Assembly (NCBI GenBank): GCA_032718475.1 | Contig: JAUCBJ010007168.1 | Span: forward strand, 1 to 64,000 | Source: Nemertoderma westbladi | Lineage: Eukaryota > Animalia > Xenacoelomorpha | DNA length: 64,000 nt | Direction of reading: 5' to 3' | Shown: piece after piece, positions 53,677 to 63,287 of the stretch | How positions within the stretch are numbered: position 1 is the stretch's first letter | Layout: the number at the start of each line of letters is the position of its first letter | Notes under the pieces: model-generated | Database searches by the model: none | The model's input: the letters and a program-made list of their open reading frames with translations, nothing else | What the model was told of the DNA's origin: nothing | Translations under genes and position numbers: made by a program

Positions 53677-55195
53677 TGTTCCCGTTCATTGCTGCGGCCC
53701 GATCTCTAGCTGGCCATCCTGTCCCTTAAGTTTGTTCACCGTAGTGAATCCATAGTAAAACAGATAGAAAAGCTGAGAGAATATTCTGACTTTATTACAG
53801 AAGATACAATTATAATACAATGTAATCTGAGAATAAACTAAGCACGACAGAATATTGATAAGATAATCTGAGAAAGATTGAGATATAAGATATAGTGTTG
53901 ATAACAAATGAACAAATCGCACCTTTATATACTAAATTTGTGCCGCAATCAATCGAGAAAATTCTCGATTGTTCTATAGATTCTAACAAGGTTTTAAAGA
54001 TAGCTATTGGTCCAGCTAATATATAACTTGCACGACATTGGTTACAATCAAATAACTACAGCCTCATTGGTACAGACAAATGCAATTAATTTGTAGCGGT
54101 TAATTTAAATGAGTTGAAATTCTGCACAAAAAATAATTCGCACTTACTAGGATTCGAACTCAATACCTACTACACATATAATTTCCAACGCTCTACCGAC
54201 TGAGCTACTGAACCACTTGACCGATAGATGTACAATATGATAGTACCAATACGAATGAGGACTCAAAGCAATCTTTACAAAGTTAATCCGAATAAAATAT
54301 AAATTTTGAAAATCCACGGCATTTAGGGAATATAATTCTATACCGCTCCATGAAAACAGGATATTATCGTGCATAAAATATACGGTTTTCACCAATAATC
54401 AATCAAACTATAGAATACTTAGGGCGTACTTACATATTTACAATTAAATTTCAAACAATACTTCCTTTCTACGTAATGATTCGATACAAAAATAATTACA
54501 AATTTAAACTTTACGTATTTTAGGCTTTACTAAGTAAGTACAATATAAATCTAAATTAAATTCACCAATATAAATCTATTGCATCTCAATATTGCATAAA
54601 TTCAAACAATTACAAATACAAATAAATGAAAACAATAAGAAAGGCTCGCGAGTCTTCCATCTACTATTGCATCTCAAATATTGCATAAATTCAAATAATT
54701 ACAAATACTTTCGTACCTAAATGTAGATTGCATAAGTTTGGAATAATTACAAATATGAGTCTTTCTGAGCACAAAATTTTCTATCTATAAAACTTTCTAA
54801 ATACAAAATATAACACTTTACAAATGAAACTATAAGAAAGGCCCACGAGTCTTCCATCTACTCTTACTTTCTATTTCACTGTAAATACAAATACTGCTTA
54901 TAAGATATAAATTGCATAATATTCGGAACAATATAAATTGCATAAGTTCGGAATAATATAAATTGCATAAGTTTTGGATAATTACAAATATAAAATATAA
55001 ATTCTTACTAAATATAAGTCGTACTAAATACAGATATAAGCTGCTTTCTAAATTTCATAAATTCGGAACAATACAAATTGCATAAGTTCGGAATAAGCAC
55101 AAATATAAAATATAAGTTTTACTAAATTTTCTAAACATAAAACATATAATTCAAAATAAATCACAAATTCACAAGAAAGGCTCACGAGTCTTACG
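53677..55195 (-). repeat. Putative 3' LTR of the BEL/Pao element
   Basis: Purine tract AAAAGGGAGGGCAAGGGTGGA just after the extra ORF, then CGTAAG (TG mutated to CG?). Three CCAAT boxes (54006-54010, 54037-54041, 54066-54070), TATATAAAG 53923-53931, AATAAA 53791-53796, and a GGGAACA end at 53677. Confidence 0.6.
54128..54214 (-). ncRNA. tRNA-like RNA polymerase III unit inside the LTR
   Basis: A box TAGCTCAGTCGGTAGAGC, B box GTTCGAATCC and a T6 terminator ~17 nt downstream. There is no proper acceptor or anticodon stem. Confidence 0.55.
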
Positions 55196-55274
55196 TCCAC
55201 CCTTGCCCTCCCTTTTATCGCTTAGTTGATCGAGCCCTGCCGCGTCCTCGAAAACTGCGCACAGGTGACTTTGC

Positions 55275-58200
55275 TCACGATATGGGACTAATGGGGCGAA
55301 TCACTGGTTTACTTGGGACGTTGAGAGACGGTGCTACTATTTCCTCGCAAATTCGTCTATTTAGCATCCCAAAACCTCGACCGATTCCTCGTGACCGATC
55401 AGTTGTCACTACAGTTGGTAGAACGTCTGGGAACGCGCGAAAGGCGGACGACGCAGACCCAAGAGTAGCTTGCGCCCCCTGTTGATCAGCTGGTGTATGT
55501 CCCGATCCTCCTACTGGTTCTCTTGGAAGTGATACCGTATCCCGAGTAACTCGAATAGTCGGCTCAACTCCCTTGCGTTCTTCTACATTAATAATTTTCT
55601 TTAATTGTTGGCCCACCTTCTGGACCCGTATGATCCTACCCTGCCCGTCCTCCCGAGGGTGACGTGCAGACGGCGCAACCGGAGTGGCTGGTATATTTGT
55701 CGCCTCTAGGACCTCCTCTTCCTCGAATACGCTCGCTCGTATACGTTTATGGTAAAACGCGGCTCGGTACGCCCATGCGACGGTTAACCAAGCTCCTTTA
55801 TTCCGCTTTTCAGTTCGGAAACGATCGAATTCACCATACGTAATGCGATTAACGACTTTCTGAAAATTCCACGTGTTTTTGTTATCCGGGTGAATCTGTA
55901 GTAGATACTCGCGCACCACTCGGAATCCGCTGTCGTGGGGCAAAATATCAACAACCTCGATAAGTTCGTCATATTGGGGCATAGCGGAGATATATCCTTC
56001 CGACATCATCGTCTGGGGATTTACCGCCCAAAATCCGAGATGCGCTCTCATCGGAAACCGTCTTCTCTGTGCCGATACATGTTCGTCGGCCAAATCCTCC
56101 CACTCATCAAATAACTTCCTCACGAGTTTTACAGATTCGTGTTCATAAGGTATGTCTCTTAGTTGGCATTCAGATGCTCGATGTCCCTTTATATTGCAAT
56201 AAGTACATTGGGCCATAAATCTCCAGCAAGTATAAAAGGTATGAGACCCTTGATCCCCACACCATCCACAGATTAGCTGAGTCGTAGTAATGTGCTTTCC
56301 ACTGCACTTTGCCATATGATGTCCAGCGACGCCACATTTACTACACATCGTATTGGCAGGGTACCACACTCGTTCGTATATAAGATCTCCAATCGGTCGA
56401 GCGCTTCCTCCCATACTATAATCGTAATCATCTGGGTCTATGGGTTGGTAGGTTTCTGAAGGTTGTATACAAACTATAGCATCTGTTGCTTCAAGTTGTC
56501 GAATCTCCGTCTGAGATTTCTTCGGGAGGTTCCTTTCTATCTCAAGAAGTTCCTCTAAAGGATCGTCAGTGATCGTAGTAGTTACTTCGAATTCATCACC
56601 AAGGTGACCGATAGGCGCGCGCGTCTGCCGTGATTCATCCGTAATTTCCACGATACGTTCTCCTTCATAGGGTAACAATGTAAACATAGATGGTCTTTCG
56701 ATAAGAGATCCCGCACAGCGAAGATACACGTCTCGAAATATACTAAATCCTGCTCGAGTAAAGGCATTACACTGAGCGTCGGAGTTGTAGAAGGGTTCAA
56801 GGAATCGTCTAAACACGTCGGTACGAATTCTCCCTTCCATGTAGAACGTATGATCTTCTCCGAGACAAAGTGGATGTCTTTTGAGAGTCCGAGACACAAT
56901 GTCGGCGATTAGGCAAACATTCACTGACGACTCTATTGCTAAATAATATTGTAAGACCGCTCTTGGAGGTGACGTAATAGCCCAATACACGCATCCTCTC
57001 CATTTAAGCTGTGATTCAAACTCACTCATATCTGGAGTATCACCTTCTCCATAAGTTTCAATATACTTGTTTCTCTTGCCTTCCTTATAATCCCAATTGA
57101 ATAACAGGTAGGAAATGTATCCAGTTCCAGTCTTCTGAGTATTATACTCACGAAAATATCCCTGTTCTATAGACCACAGGATAAGAGGTCGAGTGTCGAC
57201 GTATGGTGTCGGTAGTCGGTCATCGCTGTCCGTCATGCCGGCGAAGTCGCTAATTAAATCCTCCCTTACTCCTGATCCAACCTTTACAACAGTTTTATCT
57301 AAAATCATGTTTCTTACCATCTTCGGTAGCATTCTAGCGTCGATATTACAAGCTTGGTCCATCTTCTTTACTATATCGGTGATAAGATGGTGTCGCTTTG
57401 TATTCGCTGGAGGTATCGGCATTCGTTTGTCGCTCCTCTGTCTACTGAAAACGTGCAGGACTCCGTCCGCCGCTCTAATCTGTATAGTCTTAGAAGTCAA
57501 ACTCTGCTGATGACTGCCGCCCTCGTTATCGTAAAACATGTAACCGTTTTCCTGAAACGATCTAAACGTCCTATTCCATTCATCCAACAATTCTTCCGAA
57601 GGTTGCCAAATCTTCTCTATATCCTTATCCTCATCGAAACGAATAACCTTACCTCGCCAATCTGCGGCAATATCTGTATCCGACTCGAAGGTTCCGGTTC
57701 CAATCCATAAACGAATCGTCTTGGTCAGATATCCTTTCAGATTACTCGGAGCTATATCGGCACCAGCTCTATCCAGTTCCTTGAAATCTTGAATATGAGG
57801 TGGAACGTTGTACACGACCTTTTGAGTAATATGTCTACGTAAATCATATATCTTACTCATATCGCTGAAAACAACTGCAGGAAGAAACTCCAAGTTTGAA
57901 ATGATTTCTGGATGATCCACGATGGGTATTTCGTACGTCGTATCCTGTCGGACTGGTATACTAATAGGGAAATTGAGTGTCGTACTCAATGGTTTCGTAG
58001 CTGAAGTACTATACGGTTGCATTTCTCTTGGCCTCTCCGGGGATGCAATCTGTAGTCTCTGAATAACGTTTTGAGCAAAGTTTATGCTCTCGAAAACTTC
58101 CGGTGTCATCTCCTTAGCTGAAGTTTGATCGTGTGACGTCCAATGGCAAGGTAGGCTCGCGAGTCTTCCACCCCATTCTTCCATCTCACCTTTCTCGAAA

Positions 58201-58940
58201 GCCTTGTAGGCTCTGTATAGGCTAAGAGCTTCTTTCTTTTCGCGGGTTGACTGATTCGCCTCGTCCAGCGTAAGTTCAAATACATCGGGTTCAACAACCT
58301 TAGGTGGGTAAATGACAGTTTCTCCCGCCTTTGGTCCGGTCATAGCAAATGAATGATATGGATTCGATAAAGGATACCCTCCTTCCTGGTAGCGTAGTTG
58401 TTGATGATTCGAACACCTCGCCAATATCGGTTCGGGATTTTCCTTATTCAAACGCATCGGAATCGCATTTCGTTGTTCGCGCATACAAGAACCGCATTGA
58501 TAATAAAGTTTATAAACTGAAAATGCTTCCTTGGTTTCTCTATCGTCCCCTCGAGTTCGTCTGTAAAGATGCATTCCATTGAATTCATCGCGTACCGCGG
58601 GCATAGGTTCGTGCGCCTTTAGGTATTGCATGGTATGATACAAACGACTAATTTCAGTATCGGGGTCTTCGCTAATGTCTCCCGTATCACACAAAGCATC
58701 GTACGGGTAAAGTTCATTGAAGGTTTGGCGCAAACTTTCGATTCTTTCGTTTAATGCGTTTTGCCTTCTCTTTAATACATTCGAGTCATATTTAGTTCTC
58801 GCGAGTTTCGCTGTACTTTCCGATAATTCTTTTATACCAAATATAGTATAATCCTTGGCTCCAAATCTTTCGAATGGCGCTGCTGCCTCCTCTTGGATAT
58901 CATATCCCCATCTCGGCTCTCCTTGTATCCCTTTCTCCAT
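55275..58940 (-). CDS. Extra ORF of the BEL/Pao element: DEDDy (WRN/RNase D-like) 3'-5' exonuclease domain plus three zinc knuckles
   Basis: 1221 aa, uninterrupted. ExoI FYDNE followed by TIQI, ExoII LDKTVVKVGSGVRED, VDT, and ExoIII-like W...QYYLAIE. Knuckles CSKCGVAGHHMAKC, CGWCGDQGSHTFYTC and CTYCNIKGHRASEC. No signal peptide or TM segment seen. Confidence 0.75.
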   Translation of the reverse strand: MEKGIQGEPRWGYDIQEEAAAPFERFGAKDYTIFGIKELSESTAKLARTKYDSNVLKRRQNALNERIESLRQTFNELYPYDALCDTGDISEDPDTEISRLYHTMQYLKAHEPMPAVRDEFNGMHLYRRTRGDDRETKEAFSVYKLYYQCGSCMREQRNAIPMRLNKENPEPILARCSNHQQLRYQEGGYPLSNPYHSFAMTGPKAGETVIYPPKVVEPDVFELTLDEANQSTREKKEALSLYRAYKAFEKGEMEEWGGRLASLPCHWTSHDQTSAKEMTPEVFESINFAQNVIQRLQIASPERPREMQPYSTSATKPLSTTLNFPISIPVRQDTTYEIPIVDHPEIISNLEFLPAVVFSDMSKIYDLRRHITQKVVYNVPPHIQDFKELDRAGADIAPSNLKGYLTKTIRLWIGTGTFESDTDIAADWRGKVIRFDEDKDIEKIWQPSEELLDEWNRTFRSFQENGYMFYDNEGGSHQQSLTSKTIQIRAADGVLHVFSRQRSDKRMPIPPANTKRHHLITDIVKKMDQACNIDARMLPKMVRNMILDKTVVKVGSGVREDLISDFAGMTDSDDRLPTPYVDTRPLILWSIEQGYFREYNTQKTGTGYISYLLFNWDYKEGKRNKYIETYGEGDTPDMSEFESQLKWRGCVYWAITSPPRAVLQYYLAIESSVNVCLIADIVSRTLKRHPLCLGEDHTFYMEGRIRTDVFRRFLEPFYNSDAQCNAFTRAGFSIFRDVYLRCAGSLIERPSMFTLLPYEGERIVEITDESRQTRAPIGHLGDEFEVTTTITDDPLEELLEIERNLPKKSQTEIRQLEATDAIVCIQPSETYQPIDPDDYDYSMGGSARPIGDLIYERVWYPANTMCSKCGVAGHHMAKCSGKHITTTQLICGWCGDQGSHTFYTCWRFMAQCTYCNIKGHRASECQLRDIPYEHESVKLVRKLFDEWEDLADEHVSAQRRRFPMRAHLGFWAVNPQTMMSEGYISAMPQYDELIEVVDILPHDSGFRVVREYLLQIHPDNKNTWNFQKVVNRITYGEFDRFRTEKRNKGAWLTVAWAYRAAFYHKRIRASVFEEEEVLEATNIPATPVAPSARHPREDGQGRIIRVQKVGQQLKKIINVEERKGVEPTIRVTRDTVSLPREPVGGSGHTPADQQGAQATLGSASSAFRAFPDVLPTVVTTDRSRGIGRGFGMLNRRICEEIVAPSLNVPSKPVIRPISPIS

Positions 58941-59600
58941 AATTAGGGTGTAGTTACATAATCATTACTACTAGAGGGAATACAACAGAGTTTGTAGTTA
59001 GTTGTGAGGAGACGTGAGAGTTTCGTCTGCCCTTTGGGCTCGACAACGCTCTAACCTCCTACCCATAGCCTAAGATCTAGGGTTTCTTTAATGACACGCT
59101 GCTTCTTATCTAAAATTTTTTGCCGAAATAAAAACGAATTTTGGGCTAAACTGGCCGTGAGTCTAAAATACTCACTTTTTGATCCCAAACTATTATCAGA
59201 AAATAAGCAGTCAAGAATTAGTAATAAATATAGGGGAGTCTATTTTGACGTAACTTATTGAAACAAGACCGTGTAAAATTTAATTAAAATTTTAAGAAAG
59301 GCTCGCAAGTCTTCCTCTCTTGTTTCTCTAATTTTAAGTTCCACCCGACTGTACCCTGAAATCTATTCACTGGAGAAAATTTTTAAAAATTTTTCAAATC
59401 CAAATGGATTGTCTAAAATTTCGAAAATGTCTCAATATTGTGAGTTCCAAGTAGAATTCCATTTCTTATACCTACAAATCCCGCTCCTATGTGACACATA
59501 AGGGTACTACCCTCAATGTTCACATATAAAGACAATGGAATTCTACCGCTGTCCTTACTACGGTGTACAGGTACGTGGAAATCTATTTGTAAACTCCTAA

Positions 59601-62600
59601 TTATTTACTAATACTAGTTGGAGATTTGTAGTCTCCAGACTCATTACGAGTCTCTTCAAGAAGTACGAGACGTTGAGTCGGTCTGTCTACTGTACGACCG
59701 TCAATTGTCCGTACCGTCACAGTTCTTGTCACTCCATCCATAGATGGATGTGTGGCTAAAATTACACCTGTTATCCAGAAGCGTCTTTTTAGATTCACTT
59801 CCGCTAACAGCACGTGATCTCCCGGCTTTAATGCGCGGGTGTTATTGTACCAGTTTGTTCTGGCAGAAATAGAGGGCAAATAATGGTTTTGCCATATTTC
59901 CCAGAATTTGTTAGCCAGTAGTTTCGTGATTTTCCACGCTTTTCTACCGTAGCTGTCGCTTTCTATTGGAATAGAAATCGGCGTCAAAGTGGTCGGTGCC
60001 TGCATTAGCAGGTGTGCCGGTGTCAAAGCGAACTGAGATTGTTTGTCATCGGGTACTAATACTATTGGTCTAGTATTTAGTATTGCCTCGATTTCAACAA
60101 ACAATGTTGTCAGTTGGTCGTCTGTTAATATGTGGTTTACTGGAATGACCTTTGCCATGGCTGTCTTTATAGATCTAATCAATCTCTCCCAGACTCCGCC
60201 TCTCCAAGGACTATCTGGAGGGTTGAACTTCCAAACAATCTTGTGAGGTTGTAGTTCGTTCGAGATTTGATCATGATCTAATTTCTTAAAGGCTCTAGCA
60301 ATCTCATTCCGAGCACCAACAAAGTTTGTCCCTTGGTCTGAATACAAGCATTTTACTAGTCCGCGTCTAGCGATAAATCGCCTCAGTGCTAGTATAAACG
60401 CGTTGGTGGAAAGATCCATCACACGTTCAATATGAACTGCCCTACTGGACATACATGTGAAAATCAGTCCCCAGCGTTTTACTAGTATACGTCCACGTTT
60501 CGTATGTATGGGACCAAAGCAATCAATTCCAGTCTCTGTAAAAGGTGGTCTGAATGCTTGAAGTCGTGCTTGTGGTAGTTCACTCATTTCTTGGGTACCT
60601 ATTCTAGAATGTACCTTTTTACAAATAATACACGTACGTGTCACTGAACTTAACGCTTTACTGGGTCTAATTAATACAAATCTTGTACGTAAGTAGGAAA
60701 GACAGTGGTGTCTTCCAGCGTGTTTCAGATGTAAATGTGCGTCCAGTATCATTGCACGTTGTAGTTCGTGGTGTTGCGGTATTATTATTGGGTACCTAAA
60801 GTTTGTGTTAAAGTCAATGTTTTGAAGCCGAGATTTATGACAAAGTAAGCCATTATAAATAATCGGACTCCAACTCAGTATTGGTGACGACTTGATTGGT
60901 TGACCTTGATTTATGGATGTGAATTCGCGCGCGAAATATCGCAGTTGGTAATGGCGAATTAATTTAATCTCACATCTGTCAATCTCAGCCAATGTAAGTC
61001 GACGTGTAAAGTCACGTTTGCCTTTAACGTATTGTACAAAACGTACAATCCACGCTAATTTTCGGCAAACGTTTGTCCAAGAATCTGTTATGTTTACAAT
61101 ACGGTCGACATGAGTATTTGTGACGTCATCAGGTAAGTCAATTGAGATTTTGGAAGGTTTTGAATTACTAGAAGGGCCCACGGGTCCGCCGGTAGGTATT
61201 CCCTTGTTGACTGTTGATCCGTCCGGGTCTACAAGTAATTTGTCCTTCTTTGTCTTCTTACCTTGATTGTCGGTACTTTGTAAGTCGATCGTTAATGGTG
61301 GTTTGAACTCTATGGGATCAGTGGGTTTCGGTAAACTAATTTTTCTGCCGATATTAATCCCAGGTTTCACCATAGGTTGCAAGTTCGGTATGTCTCTTGA
61401 GCGCAAAGTAACACCTGTATTTACATTAGCGTAGGTACTACCCACATCTGTAATACATGAGGTTTCACCGTGGTTGCTCAAGTGTGTCAAAATTGATAGT
61501 TTGTCAATACAAGGCCGCTCCAATAGGGAAACTGCGGCTTTACTGTTAGTCGATAAATTACTAATGTCCGGTAGAACATTTTGTGATGTTTCTGACAAAA
61601 TGTCTAGTCGACTGTCTAGTAATGTGTCTGGCGATACGTCTGGTAACGTATCTGGTTGTTTGTCAATAGAAGGCCGCTCCAATAGGGAAACTGCGGCTTT
61701 ACTGTTTGTCAATACATTACTAATGTCCGGTAGAACATTTTGTGATGTTTTTGACAAAATGTCTAGTCGACTGTCTAGTAATGTGTCTGGCGATACGTCT
61801 GGTAACGTATCTGGTTGTATGTCAATAGAAGGCCGCTCCAATAGGGAAACTGCGGCTTTACTGTTTGTCAGTACGTTACTAGTGTCTAGTAGAATGTCTG
61901 GTTGACCGTCTGGTAACGTGTCTGGTTGACCGTCTGGCAATATGTCTGGTGTAGAAAGGCTCGCAAGTCTTCCTCTCTTGACCTTTGAAGTTATATCTTT
62001 CCATTTCGCCTTCGGTTTTTTCTTGAGTTTTGCCGCCGTCGTCCTTTTCTTTGTCTTCCCCTTTTTTGGTTTCTTGATTTCGGCGTCCTTGGGGATGGTG
62101 TTAGATTTGTTGTCGTATAGTGGCGGCCAATGTAGTGTTGAACCTTGTAAGAATTGTGGTCCGTGTTGCCAAAATTCTTTGTTCTCCGGTTTACAGAATT
62201 CCTCAGGCATCATTCCTCGCGACGCAATATCAGCTGGGTTTTGTGGTCCGGGACAATGTCGCCAATCCCCTTTTATTGAACGGTCTAGAATTTCCGCGCG
62301 ACGGTTAGCAACGAATGTCTTGAATTCGAGTGTGTCGTTGTTTATGTAAAATAAAACCAACGTCGCGTCAGTCCAATAAAATATCTGTAAACTCGACTGT
62401 AGTTCTGTCTGTATGAGGTTCACGATGGTGGTTGACAGGGTTGCGGCTTGTAGCTCGGCTCGTGGTGTCGTCATATACTTAGTAGGCATGGTCTTAGCCT
62501 TAGAAGTAATGAGCGAAACATCGAACTCGTCTGAGTCTACTTGTCTGCGCAAGTACGCTGCCACACCAAAACCGTTGTCACTGGCGTCAGAAAAACAGTG

Positions 62601-63287
62601 TAGTTCCAAGTTGTCAGGAAATGTACTTTGTAATGGAAAGTAAACCCTGGGTATGGAATAATCCTCTAGCGAAGATAATTCCGCCTCCCAGGTCTTCCAT
62701 AAGTCCACTTGGTCTGATGAGATCGGCTCGTCCCATGTTAGTCCATCCTTCCATATACTACGCATATAAATGCGGGCTTGCAGTATCACTGGACTGATGA
62801 ATCCTAACGGATCGAACAATCGGCTCAACTTTGACAAGCATGATCTCTTTGTCAGTGTGTTCTCTTGACTGTCCAGTCTCACTTTCACTCGAAAGTTGTC
62901 TGTGTTTGGGTCCCAAAAGAGCCCTAACACCTTAGTCGTCGGTAGTGGTTCGAACTCTAGGTCTATGTCACCACCTCCACGCTCAGTCGTCCCGAATGAG
63001 TCTACTAATTCGGCACTGTTTGAGGCGAATTTGGTGAGGTTAAAACCTCCGCCCGCTAAGCAGTCCCGTAATTGATGTGCTACTGTTGTAGCACGTTCTA
63101 CTGTGTCGCAACTCTGTAAACCGTCGTCTACATAAAAGTCACGCTCCACAATCCTAATTATCTCTGGGTCATACAGGTGTTTCTGATCCCTAGCGGCCTG
63201 CTTTAGGGCGTACATCGTGCAATTTGGGCTGTCTCTGGCACCGAAAACGCGAACTTGCATTTGGTAAGTCGCCGGTGGTAGACTTAA
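59601..63287 (-). CDS. BEL/Pao pol (RT C-half, RNase H/Pao A17 region, integrase); 5' part cut off by an insertion
   Basis: FYVDD, KVLGLFW, LFDPLG, LHCFSDAS, TPRAELQAA, FVANR, NPADIASRG, HH-CC zinc finger, GIDCFGP, SRAVHIE, FIARRG, SDQGTNF, WRGGVWERLIRSIK and LTPAHLL. Confidence 0.95.
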   Translation of the reverse strand, partial: LSLPPATYQMQVRVFGARDSPNCTMYALKQAARDQKHLYDPEIIRIVERDFYVDDGLQSCDTVERATTVAHQLRDCLAGGGFNLTKFASNSAELVDSFGTTERGGGDIDLEFEPLPTTKVLGLFWDPNTDNFRVKVRLDSQENTLTKRSCLSKLSRLFDPLGFISPVILQARIYMRSIWKDGLTWDEPISSDQVDLWKTWEAELSSLEDYSIPRVYFPLQSTFPDNLELHCFSDASDNGFGVAAYLRRQVDSDEFDVSLITSKAKTMPTKYMTTPRAELQAATLSTTIVNLIQTELQSSLQIFYWTDATLVLFYINNDTLEFKTFVANRRAEILDRSIKGDWRHCPGPQNPADIASRGMMPEEFCKPENKEFWQHGPQFLQGSTLHWPPLYDNKSNTIPKDAEIKKPKKGKTKKRTTAAKLKKKPKAKWKDITSKVKRGRLASLSTPDILPDGQPDTLPDGQPDILLDTSNVLTNSKAAVSLLERPSIDIQPDTLPDVSPDTLLDSRLDILSKTSQNVLPDISNVLTNSKAAVSLLERPSIDKQPDTLPDVSPDTLLDSRLDILSETSQNVLPDISNLSTNSKAAVSLLERPCIDKLSILTHLSNHGETSCITDVGSTYANVNTGVTLRSRDIPNLQPMVKPGINIGRKISLPKPTDPIEFKPPLTIDLQSTDNQGKKTKKDKLLVDPDGSTVNKGIPTGGPVGPSSNSKPSKISIDLPDDVTNTHVDRIVNITDSWTNVCRKLAWIVRFVQYVKGKRDFTRRLTLAEIDRCEIKLIRHYQLRYFAREFTSINQGQPIKSSPILSWSPIIYNGLLCHKSRLQNIDFNTNFRYPIIIPQHHELQRAMILDAHLHLKHAGRHHCLSYLRTRFVLIRPSKALSSVTRTCIICKKVHSRIGTQEMSELPQARLQAFRPPFTETGIDCFGPIHTKRGRILVKRWGLIFTCMSSRAVHIERVMDLSTNAFILALRRFIARRGLVKCLYSDQGTNFVGARNEIARAFKKLDHDQISNELQPHKIVWKFNPPDSPWRGGVWERLIRSIKTAMAKVIPVNHILTDDQLTTLFVEIEAILNTRPIVLVPDDKQSQFALTPAHLLMQAPTTLTPISIPIESDSYGRKAWKITKLLANKFWEIWQNHYLPSISARTNWYNNTRALKPGDHVLLAEVNLKRRFWITGVILATHPSMDGVTRTVTVRTIDGRTVDRPTQRLVLLEETRNESGDYKSPTSISK
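61500..61950 (-). repeat. In-frame 159-bp (53-aa) tandem repeat within pol
   Basis: AATAGGGAAACTGCGGC recurs at 61522, 61681 and 61840; the protein repeats SKAAVSLLERPSID... Confidence 0.9.

Larger units (their letters stand above)
53677..63287 (-). mobile_element. BEL/Pao LTR retrotransposon (3' portion), antisense in SMC1 intron 3
   Basis: pol, 660-bp spacer, extra ORF, PPT and putative LTR are collinear on the minus strand. Confidence 0.85.

Noticed and set aside
54128-54214. Functional tRNA gene
   Set aside because: Acceptor and anticodon stems do not pair; kept only as a Pol III-like unit. The SINE heads at 12150, 14270 and 16627 are rejected as tRNAs for similar reasons.
55275-58940. 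Extra ORF interpreted as env or as a displaced gag
   Set aside because: There is no signal peptide or TM anchor for env. The knuckles resemble nucleocapsid, but no BEL gag/capsid region is recognisable and DEDD motifs are present instead.
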